Assembly (NCBI GenBank): GCA_965279315.1
Contig: OZ257145.1
Location: forward strand, 2,819,530-2,883,529
DNA: 64,000 bases
Source of the DNA: Alphaproteobacteria bacterium
GTDB taxonomy: Bacteria > Pseudomonadota > Alphaproteobacteria > Micavibrionales > UBA2020
Direction of reading: 5' to 3'
The position numbers and the translations under genes are program-made. Shown one piece after another: positions 28,684-39,264 of the stretch; the stretch's first letter is position 1, and each line of letters begins with the position of its first letter. A model generated the notes under the pieces. It had not been told where the DNA came from. It made no database searches and was given only the letters and a program-made list of their open reading frames with translations.

Positions 28684-30774
28684 GTGACGGGGCGGCCCTT
28701 TATCCTCGACCCGCTGTTCCAAGCCGTCAAGACCGTGCCGGGCGTCGGCCCCCGCATGACCAAGCTGCTGGAAAAAGTGGCGGGGCCGCGCGTGTCCGAC
28801 CTCTACTGGCATTTACCCGCGGGCGTCATCGATCGCCGTTTTTCGCCCAAGCTGCGCGATTTGATCGGCGTGGCGGAGGCGGTTGCGACCGTCACCATCC
28901 GCATCGAAGGACATTTCCCGCCCAAGCGCCCCGGCCTGCCCTATCGCATCAAGGGCACGGACGGCACGGGCTGGATCGACCTGACATTCTTTCACGCGCT
29001 GGCGGATTACCTTGAAGTGCAGTTTCCGATCGGCGAAGACCGCGTGGTGAGCGGGCGTATCGAGCATTACAACGGCCTGCTCCAAATGCCGCATCCCGAT
29101 TATGTGGTGACGCCGGAGACCGCGCACCTGATACCCGCCATCGAACCCGTCTATCCGCTGACCGCCGGACTGACGCAAAAAGTATCCGCAAAAATCATGA
29201 AGGCGGCGCTCGCGAAAATTCCGGTGTTGGACGAATGGCTTGATCCTGCTTACCAGCAGCGCGAACAGATGCCACGCTGGCACGAGGCAGTCTACCAGGC
29301 GCACAATCCCGCCGATGCCGAGGGCATATCGCCCGAACACCCCGCCCGCCGCCGCCTTGCCTATGACGAGCTACTGGCAAACCAGTTGACGATGGCATTG
29401 ATGCGCGTCAACCAGCGGCAGCAAAAGGGCCGCGCGCTCCCGGGCGACGAAGCCCTGTTCCAGAAGGCATTGGCGGCATTCCCGTTCGAACTGACGGGTT
29501 CGCAAAAAGCCGCCGTCGCCCAAATTCGCGAAGACCTGCAAAAACCATTGCGGATGCACCGCTTGCTGCAGGGTGATGTGGGCAGCGGCAAGACGGCGGT
29601 CGCCTATTTGTCGATGATCCACGCCATCGGCAGCGGCTGCCAGGCCGCCATCATGGCACCCACCGAAATTCTGGCGCGGCAGCACGAAAAAACGGTCGGT
29701 GCATTGGCGGCGAAGATCGGGCTCAAGGTTGTAACGCTGACGGGGCGCGACAAGGGCAAGGCGCGCAACGCCATCCTTGAAGCGATTGCAGATGGTTCTG
29801 CCCATATCGTCATCGGTACACATGCGCTGTTTCAGGAAGATGTGATCTTCAAGGATCTTGCGCTTGTCATCATTGACGAACAGCACAGGTTCGGCGTGCA
29901 TCAGCGATTGTTGCTCAGCGAAAAGGGCCAGACCGCCGATATGCTGGTCATGACGGCAACGCCCATCCCGCGCACCCTCACCCTTACTGTTTATGGCGAC
30001 ATGGAGGTGAGCGTGCTGAACGAAAAGCCCGCAGGCCGCCAGCCCATTGATACGCGCCTTGTATCGGATGAACGGATCGGCGAAGTGCTGGAGGGATTGC
30101 AGCGAAAAATAGAAACCGGCGACCGCACTTACTGGGTCTGCCCGCTGGTCGAGGAATCGGAAAAGCTCGACCTTGCCGCCGCCGAAGAACGCTTCACGAT
30201 GATGAGCATGCGCTTTAACCGCGTCGGCCTGCTGCACGGGCGCATGAAGCCCGCCGAAAAAGATGCCGTGATGGATAAATTCTCGAAGGGCGAGCTGGAC
30301 ATCCTCGTCTCCACCACCGTCATCGAGGTCGGCGTCGATGTGCCGGAGGCGACGGTGATGGTGATCGAGCATGCCGAACGCTTTGGCCTTGCGCAGCTGC
30401 ACCAGCTGCGCGGCCGCATCGGGCGTGGGCCGGGGAAATCGGTCTGTATCCTGCTGTATAATTCGAAACTCAGCGAAATCGCGAAAAAACGGCTGTCCAC
30501 CATCCGCGATTCCGAAGACGGGTTTTTCATTTCCGAACAGGATTTGAAACTGCGCGGCGCGGGGGAAATGCTCGGCACGCGGCAGAGCGGGTTGCCGGAA
30601 TTCCGCCTTGCGCATCCCGAATTCCATACCGACCTGATACAGACCGCATTTGACGACGCGCGCCTGATCCTCGACCGCGACCCGCAATTATTGTCTGAAC
30701 GCGGGCTTGCCTTGCGCACTCTGCTCTATTTGTTCGAGCGGGACACGGCGATCAAATATCTGCGGTCGGGATAA
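28684..30774 (+). CDS. recG: ATP-dependent DNA helicase RecG
   Basis: 696 aa. Wedge domain plus helicase motifs GDVGSGKT, DEQHRFG, TATPIPRT and QLHQLRGRIGRG. GTG start with AAGGATAAGG upstream. Confidence 0.95.
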   Translation: MTGRPFILDPLFQAVKTVPGVGPRMTKLLEKVAGPRVSDLYWHLPAGVIDRRFSPKLRDLIGVAEAVATVTIRIEGHFPPKRPGLPYRIKGTDGTGWIDLTFFHALADYLEVQFPIGEDRVVSGRIEHYNGLLQMPHPDYVVTPETAHLIPAIEPVYPLTAGLTQKVSAKIMKAALAKIPVLDEWLDPAYQQREQMPRWHEAVYQAHNPADAEGISPEHPARRRLAYDELLANQLTMALMRVNQRQQKGRALPGDEALFQKALAAFPFELTGSQKAAVAQIREDLQKPLRMHRLLQGDVGSGKTAVAYLSMIHAIGSGCQAAIMAPTEILARQHEKTVGALAAKIGLKVVTLTGRDKGKARNAILEAIADGSAHIVIGTHALFQEDVIFKDLALVIIDEQHRFGVHQRLLLSEKGQTADMLVMTATPIPRTLTLTVYGDMEVSVLNEKPAGRQPIDTRLVSDERIGEVLEGLQRKIETGDRTYWVCPLVEESEKLDLAAAEERFTMMSMRFNRVGLLHGRMKPAEKDAVMDKFSKGELDILVSTTVIEVGVDVPEATVMVIEHAERFGLAQLHQLRGRIGRGPGKSVCILLYNSKLSEIAKKRLSTIRDSEDGFFISEQDLKLRGAGEMLGTRQSGLPEFRLAHPEFHTDLIQTAFDDARLILDRDPQLLSERGLALRTLLYLFERDTAIKYLRSG

Positions 30775-31194
30775 TCAGCGCTGCGACTGCTGCACAACCT
30801 GCAGCAATACGTCATTCACCTTGTCGGGGCCCAGCACCTTGACGGTGTTTTTAGACAGGCGCGCCTTGATGGCGGGAATGTCGATGACGTTGTTTTTCAT
30901 CAAACCGTGGCCTGTGCCCAGCGCGCCGTAAAGGTCGCTGATATAGGCGTCGGCCAGTTTCGGCTCCATCGCCTTGATATTGTCCTTGGTGCCGTACGGC
31001 ACTTCGAGCGAGATCACGAGGCTGACCTGCTGGGTCAGGCCTTTCTCGGTGATGATCGGCAGCACCAGTGGCTTCATGTCGAGATATTCGAAATCGGGCG
31101 TGGCGGCAGCGGGCGCTTCCTCCTCCGCCATGGCGATTGCGGGCGCCATCAGCACCATTCCCAAAAACCCGAGTAAAATCACGAAGCTACGCAT
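30775..31194 (-). CDS. secreted FliL-like protein (hypothetical)
   Basis: Signal peptide ..APAIAMA. The pattern YLDMKPLVLPI...QVSLVISLEV resembles the FliL C-terminal domain. Assignment is tentative. Confidence 0.45.
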   Translation of the reverse strand: MRSFVILLGFLGMVLMAPAIAMAEEEAPAAATPDFEYLDMKPLVLPIITEKGLTQQVSLVISLEVPYGTKDNIKAMEPKLADAYISDLYGALGTGHGLMKNNVIDIPAIKARLSKNTVKVLGPDKVNDVLLQVVQQSQR

Positions 31195-31276
31195 CCTGTC
31201 CCTGCCTTGAATAAGCCCATCTGCTATTTTATGGCAGTTAGGTTAAGCAAAGGTAAAGATGCGCGGATCGAGCGGG

Positions 31277-32761
31277 TTATGCGGCCTTGTTCAACGCGCT
31301 GTGGCGGATGCCGTAACCGAAATAGATCACGACGCCCACCGCCAGCCACAGCACAAAACGCAGATGCGTTTCAGGCGGCAGGAAGCAGATCAGCGCGCCG
31401 CAGGACAATACGCCGAGCGCCGGAACGGCCAGCCCGCCCGGCGTCTTGAAGGGGCGCGGCAGGTTCGGCTGTTTCACGCGCAGCATGATGACACCGCCGC
31501 ACACGAGCACGAAAGCGGCGAGCGTGCCGATATTCGTCAGTTCTGCCAGCGCGCCCAGTGGGATAAAGCCCGCCATGATCGCCATGATGACGCCGCAGAT
31601 GACGGTCGTGCGCACGGGCGTGCGGGTCTTTTCATTCACTTCGCCCAGCGATACAGGCAGCAGCCCATCGCGCGACATGGCGAAGATGATGCGGGTCAGG
31701 CCGTAATAAAGCACCAGCATGACGGTCGTCAGGCCGGCGATCACGCCCGCCGAAACCAATGCCGCACCCGCCTTGAAACCAATCGCGGAAAGCGCGTCCG
31801 CCACCGGCGACGAGGTGTTCAACGTGTCGTATTTCACGACCCCCGTCAGCAGGCCGGAAACCACGATATAGATGATTGTGCAGAAAATGAGCGAGGCAAG
31901 GATGCCGATGGGCACGTCTTTCTGCGGGTTGCGCGCTTCCTCGACCGCAGTCGAAACGGCGTCGAAACCGACATAGGCGAAGAACACCAGCGACGCACCG
32001 GCCAGAATGCCGAAATGCTTGCCGTCCTCGCCCGTGCCGAACCAGCCGAAGGGCATGAACGGCGTCCACAGCGCCTTCGCGGATTCAATGTCATTGAACA
32101 CGACGCGTCCGGCAACGAACACGAAAACACCAATCGTCAGCAGCTTGATAAAGACCATCGCCGCGTTCAGGCGCGCGCTTTGCTTGACGCCGATAATCAG
32201 CATGACCATCAGCAGCATGATGATAATCACGGCGGGCAGGTTCACGATGCCGCCATCGGCGACCGTCGTCTTGACGCCCTCCACAATCACATCCTTGGTC
32301 GCCCAAGGCCCCTTGGTCAGCATTTCCGGCAGCGCGATATCCAGCGACGCCATGCCGCGTTTCAGGTAACCCGACCAGCCATTCGCGACCGCCGCAACCG
32401 AAACGCCGTATTCCAGCACCAGATCCCAGCCGATCACCCAGGCGATGAATTCGCCGAAAGCGGCATAGGAATAACCATAGGCGCTGCCGCAACCGCCGAC
32501 GCTGGCGGAGAGTTCGGCATAGGCGAGCGCGGCGAAGGCGCAGGCGATGCCGGAGACGACGAAGGAGAGAACGACCGCAGGCCCGGACTGCGTTGCCGCC
32601 GCCACGCCCGTCAGAACGAAAATCCCCGTGCCGATGATTGCGCCCACACCCAGCAGGGTCAGGTCCCACGCGGAAAGGACGCGGTTAAGCGCCGGGCCTG
32701 TGGTTTCGCAATTTGCCGGTTTCTTGCGGAAAAAGGTTGCGGCGCTGAACAACGACGTCAT
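31277..32761 (-). CDS. APC-superfamily amino acid permease (cationic amino acid transporter-like)
   Basis: 494 aa with about 12-14 TM. N-terminal LSAWDLTLLGVGAIIGTGIFVLTG signature. Confidence 0.85.
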   Translation of the reverse strand: MTSLFSAATFFRKKPANCETTGPALNRVLSAWDLTLLGVGAIIGTGIFVLTGVAAATQSGPAVVLSFVVSGIACAFAALAYAELSASVGGCGSAYGYSYAAFGEFIAWVIGWDLVLEYGVSVAAVANGWSGYLKRGMASLDIALPEMLTKGPWATKDVIVEGVKTTVADGGIVNLPAVIIIMLLMVMLIIGVKQSARLNAAMVFIKLLTIGVFVFVAGRVVFNDIESAKALWTPFMPFGWFGTGEDGKHFGILAGASLVFFAYVGFDAVSTAVEEARNPQKDVPIGILASLIFCTIIYIVVSGLLTGVVKYDTLNTSSPVADALSAIGFKAGAALVSAGVIAGLTTVMLVLYYGLTRIIFAMSRDGLLPVSLGEVNEKTRTPVRTTVICGVIMAIMAGFIPLGALAELTNIGTLAAFVLVCGGVIMLRVKQPNLPRPFKTPGGLAVPALGVLSCGALICFLPPETHLRFVLWLAVGVVIYFGYGIRHSALNKAA

Positions 32762-32886
32762 TTGAATCTCGTCTCCTGAATGGATTTCGTTATGGTATTG
32801 ATAAGACTATAGATAAATAAAAACGTGCTGGGAAGCCGGAATATAATCAGTTATTCTCTTTTTGGTAAATAGAAGGTGTTCAAGTC

Positions 32887-33996
32887 ATGGCCGTGCTTCC
32901 CACCAATCCCAAGGATAAAGCGCAGATCTACCAGCTGGTCGTGGGCCTGACGGCGGTCACGCTCATTATCATCGGCTGCCTTATCATCCTGCTCCCCTTC
33001 TTCCCCGCCATTTTGCTGTCGACGATCTTCACGCTCGCCACATGGCCTGCGTTCGAGTGGATTTTGTCGCGCACCAAGAACCGCACGGTGCTGGCCTCCG
33101 CCCTTATGACGCTGCTCCTTGCCGCGTGTTTCATCGCGCCGCTGATCATCATCGGCACCAGCATCGCGGAAAACTACCAGAAGGTTTACGACGGCATCAT
33201 GGGTTTCCTGCAAGGGGATTCCAGCACGACCGCCGCCTCGCTCGCCTCCGTCAAATATGTCGGCCCTTACCTTGAAAAAGGCTGGATCATGTTCTCGACC
33301 GACAAGGCGCGCATGATGGAAACGCTGAAGGAATATGCAAGGCCGACATCGGCTGTGCTGCTCCGCATGGGTTCTACCATCGGTTACGGCATGCTCGACA
33401 TCTCGCTGGGCGTCATCATTTCCTACTTCTTCTTCCGCCACGGCACGCATGTTGCCGTGCGCATCCGCGCGCTGTCGGAGCGGTTCGGCGGCGAATACGG
33501 CAACAAACTGCTGGCCGTCACCACCAACACGCTGATCGGCGTCGTTTACGGTATCCTTGGCACGGCATTGTTGCAGGGGGTCGTCGCCGCGATCGGTTTC
33601 ATGATTGCGGGCATCCCCGGCGCGACATTCCTTGGCCTGATGACCTTCTTCCTGTCGCTGGTGCCGATGGGCCCGCCCTTGATCTGGGGCCCTGCCGCGC
33701 TGTGGCTGTTCTCCGAAGGAGAAACCGGCATGGCGATCTTCCTTGTCCTGTGGGGCGCGCTTGTCGTCGGCTCTATCGACAACTTCATGAAACCCTACTT
33801 CATCAGCCGCGGCTCCGACCTGCCCTTGCTCCTTGTCCTGCTCGGCATCATGGGTGGCATGGTGGCCTTCGGCTTCATCGGCCTGTTCATCGGCCCCACC
33901 TTGCTGGCGCTGGCCTATGCGATGGTGATCGAATGGTCGACCACGCGCAGCACCGCCAAACCGGTCGACGCCAAAATGAAAAACCTGCCTTCTTAG
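32887..33996 (+). CDS. AI-2E family transporter (PerM-like permease)
   Basis: 369 aa polytopic protein with a C-terminal FLSLVP.GP...P......G....A........D.F.KP motif. Confidence 0.85.
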   Translation: MAVLPTNPKDKAQIYQLVVGLTAVTLIIIGCLIILLPFFPAILLSTIFTLATWPAFEWILSRTKNRTVLASALMTLLLAACFIAPLIIIGTSIAENYQKVYDGIMGFLQGDSSTTAASLASVKYVGPYLEKGWIMFSTDKARMMETLKEYARPTSAVLLRMGSTIGYGMLDISLGVIISYFFFRHGTHVAVRIRALSERFGGEYGNKLLAVTTNTLIGVVYGILGTALLQGVVAAIGFMIAGIPGATFLGLMTFFLSLVPMGPPLIWGPAALWLFSEGETGMAIFLVLWGALVVGSIDNFMKPYFISRGSDLPLLLVLLGIMGGMVAFGFIGLFIGPTLLALAYAMVIEWSTTRSTAKPVDAKMKNLPS

Positions 33997-34030
33997 GGGC
34001 AGGTTTTTCACTTCGCTTATTTATTAAAAA

Positions 34031-34516
34031 TTAGTTCGTGCAGACGGGCGCCGTGGTCGTGCTGGTCTGCCAGGAATGCTGCGCCCATTGGCGGATCTTC
34101 GTCTTGTCCATCGACAGCGCCTGATCGATGCGCGGCGAGAAACGCTTGCAGAACGTCGAGGTCGACATTGCAATCGCATGCTGCGAAATCTGGTTGGCAA
34201 GGTTGGTGCGCAGCGTGTGCAACTTGATTTCGGGGTTGCCCGAACCGGAACGGCGGTAATAACCGATCAGGTCGTTTTCGTAGCCCGAGATCAGGCCTTT
34301 GTTCTTCTGCGTGAAGCTCTGGTACTTCATGTACATCTGGGGGCCTTGGGGCATTTTCATGCAGGTCAGGCCGATGACCATCAGCTCGCTATGGATGCGC
34401 AGTCCTTGTTCTGCTTCGAATTCCTTGGCGGTGTAGCAGCCGGAAGAACCTTTGGCGTTCGCGGCCGTGGCTGACAGGCAAAGGGACAACAGCAGAGCGA
34501 GGGCGATCTTTTTCAT
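34031..34516 (-). CDS. hypothetical secreted protein
   Basis: Start at MKKIALALLLSLCLSATAANA (signal peptide). Four or more Cys. No recognised domain. Confidence 0.55.
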   Translation of the reverse strand: MKKIALALLLSLCLSATAANAKGSSGCYTAKEFEAEQGLRIHSELMVIGLTCMKMPQGPQMYMKYQSFTQKNKGLISGYENDLIGYYRRSGSGNPEIKLHTLRTNLANQISQHAIAMSTSTFCKRFSPRIDQALSMDKTKIRQWAQHSWQTSTTTAPVCTN

Positions 34517-34596
34517 GCGGGGCATCCTATAAAACATATAGTCCGGAAATTGGTTCCGAGTTTTACAGCAAATGCCCTTTATTGTCCAGAACACGA

Positions 34597-35532
34597 TTAG
34601 ACGGGCGTCAAAACCTCAGCCTTTTCAAAGTACAAAAGCAGGTTATCCACCACCAGCTGCGCCATCGCGCCGCGCGTTTCATGCGTCGCGCTGCCCACAT
34701 GTGGCTGCAGCACGACGTTATCGAGTCTGCACAGCGCGCTCGGCACATCCGGTTCTTTTTCAAAGACATCGAGACCTGCACCCGCGATGCCGCCCGCCTC
34801 CAGCGCATCAATCAGCGCCTTTTCATCGACGATCTTGCCGCGCGCGATATTCACCAGCACGCCTTCGCGCCCCAATGCTTTCAACACCTTGGCATCAACA
34901 AGATGGTGCGTGTCGGCCGTATAGGGGCAGGCCACCATTAATATGTCCGATTTTGCGGCCATTTCTTCGAGGTTGTGGACAAAGGGGTACGAAACCTTTT
35001 TATCGCGCGGACCGTGATAGATGATGTTCAGGCCGAATGCTTCGGCGCGTTTGGCAATCGCCTGCCCGATCCGGCCCAGTCCGATAATCCCCATCGTCTT
35101 GCCGCGCAAGGAACGCCCCAGCGGCATCGGCCCTTTTTTGATCCATTGTCCGCTGCGGACATATATATCGCCCTCCACCGTCCGGCGGAATACCGCCAGC
35201 GTCAGGGCGATGCCGATATCGGCGGTGTCGTCGGTCAGCACATCGGGGGTATTGGTGACGATAATCCCCTGCTCTTTCGCCACCTTCACATCGACGCTGT
35301 CATAGCCGACGCCGAAATGGCTGATGATTTCGAGGTTGGGCAGCGCGCGGATGATCTTGGCGGTCACCCCAAAGAAGGCCGTGCTGACCATCCCGGTAAT
35401 ATTATTGCGCACTTCGTTGAGTTTCGCCTCGGGGTTTTCGGCCTGCCAGAGCTTGTGAATCCGGTAGTTTTTCTCCAGCTGTTCAAGCTGCGCGGCGGGA
35501 ATGGGGCCCATGACGAGAACTTCTTGAGCCAT
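34597..35532 (-). CDS. D-isomer-specific 2-hydroxyacid dehydrogenase (glyoxylate/hydroxypyruvate reductase-like)
   Basis: GIIGLGRIGQAIAKR NAD-binding motif, NIARG, and the catalytic PHVGSAT region. Start at MAQEVLVMG. Confidence 0.85.
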   Translation of the reverse strand: MAQEVLVMGPIPAAQLEQLEKNYRIHKLWQAENPEAKLNEVRNNITGMVSTAFFGVTAKIIRALPNLEIISHFGVGYDSVDVKVAKEQGIIVTNTPDVLTDDTADIGIALTLAVFRRTVEGDIYVRSGQWIKKGPMPLGRSLRGKTMGIIGLGRIGQAIAKRAEAFGLNIIYHGPRDKKVSYPFVHNLEEMAAKSDILMVACPYTADTHHLVDAKVLKALGREGVLVNIARGKIVDEKALIDALEAGGIAGAGLDVFEKEPDVPSALCRLDNVVLQPHVGSATHETRGAMAQLVVDNLLLYFEKAEVLTPV

Positions 35533-35650
35533 AACGGATTTTTCCACCCTAATTAGACATAAAATTATGGACAAGCCATAAAAGATATGGTTAATAGTCG
35601 CGAGCACCAGAACCACCGTTCAGAGTTTAAATTGCAGGATTAAGAATGCA

Positions 35651-37021
35651 ATGAGCAAAAAGCTCTACATCAAGACCTGGGGTTGTCAGATGAATGTCTA
35701 TGACAGCCAAAAGATGGCCGATGTTCTGGCCCCCCTCGGCTATGCGCCGGTGGATGCGCCCGAAGGCGCCGACCTGATGATCCTCAATACCTGCCATATC
35801 CGTGAAAAAGCGACTGAAAAGGTGTTCTCCGACCTCGGCCGCCTGCGCGACCATAAAGAAGCCAAGGCAGAAGCCGGCGAAAAAGCCTTGATCGCCGTCG
35901 CCGGCTGCGTGGCGCAGGCCGAAGGGCCTGTCATCCTTCAGCGTGCAAAATACGTCGATATGGTGTTCGGCCCGCAGACCTACCACCGCCTGCCTGAAAT
36001 GATACTGGCCGCGAATGGCGGGGAGCGTGTGGTGAACACCGATTTCCCCGTTGAATCGAAATTCGACAACCTGCCCGCCTCCACCAGCCAAGGCCCCTCG
36101 GCCATGCTGTCGGTACAGGAAGGCTGCGACAAATTCTGCACTTTCTGCGTTGTCCCCTACACCCGCGGCGCGGAATATTCGCGTCCCGTGCAGCAGATCC
36201 TCGACGAAGCCGCAAAATCCGTCGAACAGGGCGCGAAGGAAGTCATGCTGCTCGGCCAGAACGTGAATGCGTTCCACGGCGAAGGCGCAGGCGGATCATG
36301 GGATCTCGCGCGCCTGATCGATGCGCTGGCGCAGATCAACGGGCTGGAACGCATCCGCTACATGACCTCGCACCCCAGCGACATGAACGACGCGCTGATC
36401 GATGCGCATGGCAGCATCGCGAAACTGATGCCCTTCCTGCACCTGCCCGTTCAGAGCGGTTCCGACCGCATCCTCGACCTCATGAACCGCAAGCACACCG
36501 CCGCGCAGTACATCGACATCATCGCGCGCGTCAAGAAGGTGCGCCCCGATATTGCGCTGTCGTCCGATTTCATTGTCGGCTTCCCCGGCGAGACGGAAGA
36601 AGACCATGCGGCGACGGTTGAAATGGTGAAACAGGTCGGCTTCGCATCCTGCTATTCGTTTAAATACAGCCCCCGCCCCGGCACCCCCGGCGCAGTCATG
36701 GGCGGCATCGTTCCCGAAGCTGTGAAGGACACGCGCCTGCATGAACTGCAGGCGATTTTGTTTGCGCAGCAATCCGAATTCAACCAGCGCAGCGTGGGCA
36801 AAACCATGACCGTGCTGTTTGACCGCAAAGGCGACAAGGAAGGCCAGCTCCTCGGCAAATCACCGTGGAACCAGTCGGTCTATGTTACCGCGCCCGAGCG
36901 CCTCTACGGCCAAATGATTGACGTGACGATTGATAAGGCCTTCCAGAACGGGATGGCCGGTACTATCGCGACGACTGAAACAACAACAAAAAACCCCAGC
37001 CAGAAGAAGGAAGCAGCATGA
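35651..37021 (+). CDS. miaB: tRNA-2-methylthio-N6-dimethylallyladenosine synthase
   Basis: MTTase N-domain (TWGCQMN), radical SAM CDKFCTFCVVP, and a TRAM C-terminus. Confidence 0.95.
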   Translation: MSKKLYIKTWGCQMNVYDSQKMADVLAPLGYAPVDAPEGADLMILNTCHIREKATEKVFSDLGRLRDHKEAKAEAGEKALIAVAGCVAQAEGPVILQRAKYVDMVFGPQTYHRLPEMILAANGGERVVNTDFPVESKFDNLPASTSQGPSAMLSVQEGCDKFCTFCVVPYTRGAEYSRPVQQILDEAAKSVEQGAKEVMLLGQNVNAFHGEGAGGSWDLARLIDALAQINGLERIRYMTSHPSDMNDALIDAHGSIAKLMPFLHLPVQSGSDRILDLMNRKHTAAQYIDIIARVKKVRPDIALSSDFIVGFPGETEEDHAATVEMVKQVGFASCYSFKYSPRPGTPGAVMGGIVPEAVKDTRLHELQAILFAQQSEFNQRSVGKTMTVLFDRKGDKEGQLLGKSPWNQSVYVTAPERLYGQMIDVTIDKAFQNGMAGTIATTETTTKNPSQKKEAA

Positions 37022-38163
37022 GCAACTACAGCAACAAACAGCGCAATCCCAAGCCGGAAGGCACTCTTCACACCATTACGCTTGATTCTCCCAATGACAA
37101 ACGGCTGGCGAGCATCCTGTACCGTCAGGACCGTGGCCATCTGCATGTTTACATGGGCCAGAAATTCGGCGTCCAGCTGGATGTGAACTACAACCCCGAC
37201 AAAATCACCTTCTACGGCAGCGAAGAGAACGCGACCCGCATGAAGCGTGCATTCGACATGCTGTCCGGCCAGATCGAGACGAAGGCGCATATCGACAAGG
37301 ACGCGATCAGCAAGATCGCAGCACAGCTGAACCCCGCTGCAGGCCTCAGCGCAGCAACCCCTGCATCCGCTGCCTTCAAGGCCGCGAACCAGAACAAACG
37401 CCCTTCCCCGGGCGCTGCGAAGCACGAAGGCGGCTCGTCGGGCGCTGAATTCCAGGCGTTGAACCCCGCCCAGGAAAACCTTGCGAAACTGATCGCTGAA
37501 AACGACCTGATTTTCGCGCTCGGGCCTGCTGGTACCGGCAAGACCCACGTGGCCGTCGTGAAGGGCATCGAAGCCCTGAAAAGCGGCGCTGTGGAAAAAC
37601 TGCTGCTCGCACGTCCCGCTGCGGAAGCCGGCGAAAAAATCGGTTACCTGCCCGGCGACGCAAACGCGAAACTGGCTCCCTACATGCGCCCCATCTATGA
37701 CGAGCTGGACAAGGCATTCGGCCCTGGCAAATACAAGTCCATGATGGAAACCGGCGTTATCGAGATCGTGCCGATCGGTTACATGCGCGGCCGTACGTTT
37801 GATAATGCCTTCATCATCGTCGATGAATCGCAGAACCTGACCCGCGAACAGACCAAGATGGCCATTACCCGCATCGGTAAAGGCTCGAAAATGGTCATGA
37901 CCGGCGACCCCCAGCAGATCGACCTGCGCGACAAGAATGACTCCGGCCTGATCTGGGCTTCGCAGATCATGGAAGGTAAAAAAGGCGCTGCGACCCAGAC
38001 CTTCGAACAGACGCACGTTGTCCGTTCCGAGATCGTGATGTCGTTCGTTGCCGCCGTGGATGAATTTGAAGGCCTCGACAAGCCCAAGTTCGACGCCCCC
38101 GGCGCAACGCCCACACCGGCAAAAGGCCAAACAAATCAACCGCCTGCACCCGGTAAGTGGTAA
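37018..38163 (+). CDS. PhoH-family ATPase paralog with an inserted Ala/Pro-rich linker and a Pro-rich C-terminal tail
   Basis: The start overlaps the miaB stop (ATGA). Walker A GPAGTGKTH, Walker B IIVDESQN and the GD..Q.DL motif. The N-terminal KH-like region is homologous to that of the next gene. Confidence 0.8.
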   Translation: MSNYSNKQRNPKPEGTLHTITLDSPNDKRLASILYRQDRGHLHVYMGQKFGVQLDVNYNPDKITFYGSEENATRMKRAFDMLSGQIETKAHIDKDAISKIAAQLNPAAGLSAATPASAAFKAANQNKRPSPGAAKHEGGSSGAEFQALNPAQENLAKLIAENDLIFALGPAGTGKTHVAVVKGIEALKSGAVEKLLLARPAAEAGEKIGYLPGDANAKLAPYMRPIYDELDKAFGPGKYKSMMETGVIEIVPIGYMRGRTFDNAFIIVDESQNLTREQTKMAITRIGKGSKMVMTGDPQQIDLRDKNDSGLIWASQIMEGKKGAATQTFEQTHVVRSEIVMSFVAAVDEFEGLDKPKFDAPGATPTPAKGQTNQPPAPGKW

Positions 38164-38250
38164 TCGCGGCTGATTAACTAATATTTACGTTTTACTGTTA
38201 AAGTAGGGTTAGTGTACAACTAACCCTACTTTTCTTTTTGGGAGAACCAC

Positions 38251-39264
38251 TTGACCAAGCAAGCTGTCCGGCGCGTCGGACTTCAGTTCGATGACAATGC
38301 CCTCGTCCCCCTGCTTTTCGGCGAACATGACATGCATCTCGCCCAGATCGAGGAAGAACTCGACATCGAAATCGCCAGCCGCGGCAACGAAGTCGTGATC
38401 ATCGGGCCGAAGCCGAAAATCGTTGCGGCGCAGGCCGTGTTCGATGTGCTGTGGGAACGCCTGTTGAAGGGCCTGCCCGTCGTTACCGAAGACGTGACCG
38501 CCGCCATCAACGTCGTCAAAAGCCCGATGAACCAGGGCAGCCGCGACATGGCGATGGCCGCGCTGAAAGAACCGCAGGTCAAGCTGCAGACGAAAAACAA
38601 GCAGATCACGCCCCGCACGCCCAAACAGGCTGAATATCTTGAAGCCATCAAGAACAACGCCCTTGTCTTCGGCCTCGGCCCTGCCGGTACGGGCAAGACC
38701 TTCCTTGCCGTTGCGCAGGCCGTGACCATGCTGCAATCGGGCGAAGTCGACCGCATGATCCTGACCCGCCCTGCAGTGGAGGCCGGCGAAAGCCTCGGCT
38801 TCCTGCCCGGCACGATGCAGGAAAAAATCGACCCCTACCTGCGCCCGATTTACGATGCGCTGAATTACATGATGCCCGCCGAACAGCTGGCGCGCCGCTT
38901 GGCCGATGGCACGATTGAAATCGCGCCACTCGCCTTCATGCGTGGCCGCACGCTGGGTTCCTGCGTCGTCATCCTGGACGAGGCGCAGAACACCACGCCC
39001 ACGCAGATGAAAATGGCGCTGACCCGCATCGGGGAGAACAGCAAGATGATCATCACCGGCGACTTGTCGCAGACCGACTTGCCGAACAACCAGAAATCCG
39101 GCCTGCGCGATGCGGTCGAGGTGCTGAAGGGCGGCAAGGATATCGCCTTTATCGCCTTCGGCGATGCGGACGTCGTGCGTTCCCGCCTTGTGCGCGAAAT
39201 CGTCGCGGCCTACGAAAAACGCGACGCCGTGCAGCCCAATAAATACGGCAAGGACACGCCATGA
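38251..39264 (+). CDS. phoH: PhoH-like ATPase (YbeZ)
   Basis: GPAGTGKTF, VILDEAQN, GDLSQTDLP. Canonical position upstream of ybeY. TTG start in the ORF track. Confidence 0.9.
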   Translation: MTKQAVRRVGLQFDDNALVPLLFGEHDMHLAQIEEELDIEIASRGNEVVIIGPKPKIVAAQAVFDVLWERLLKGLPVVTEDVTAAINVVKSPMNQGSRDMAMAALKEPQVKLQTKNKQITPRTPKQAEYLEAIKNNALVFGLGPAGTGKTFLAVAQAVTMLQSGEVDRMILTRPAVEAGESLGFLPGTMQEKIDPYLRPIYDALNYMMPAEQLARRLADGTIEIAPLAFMRGRTLGSCVVILDEAQNTTPTQMKMALTRIGENSKMIITGDLSQTDLPNNQKSGLRDAVEVLKGGKDIAFIAFGDADVVRSRLVREIVAAYEKRDAVQPNKYGKDTP

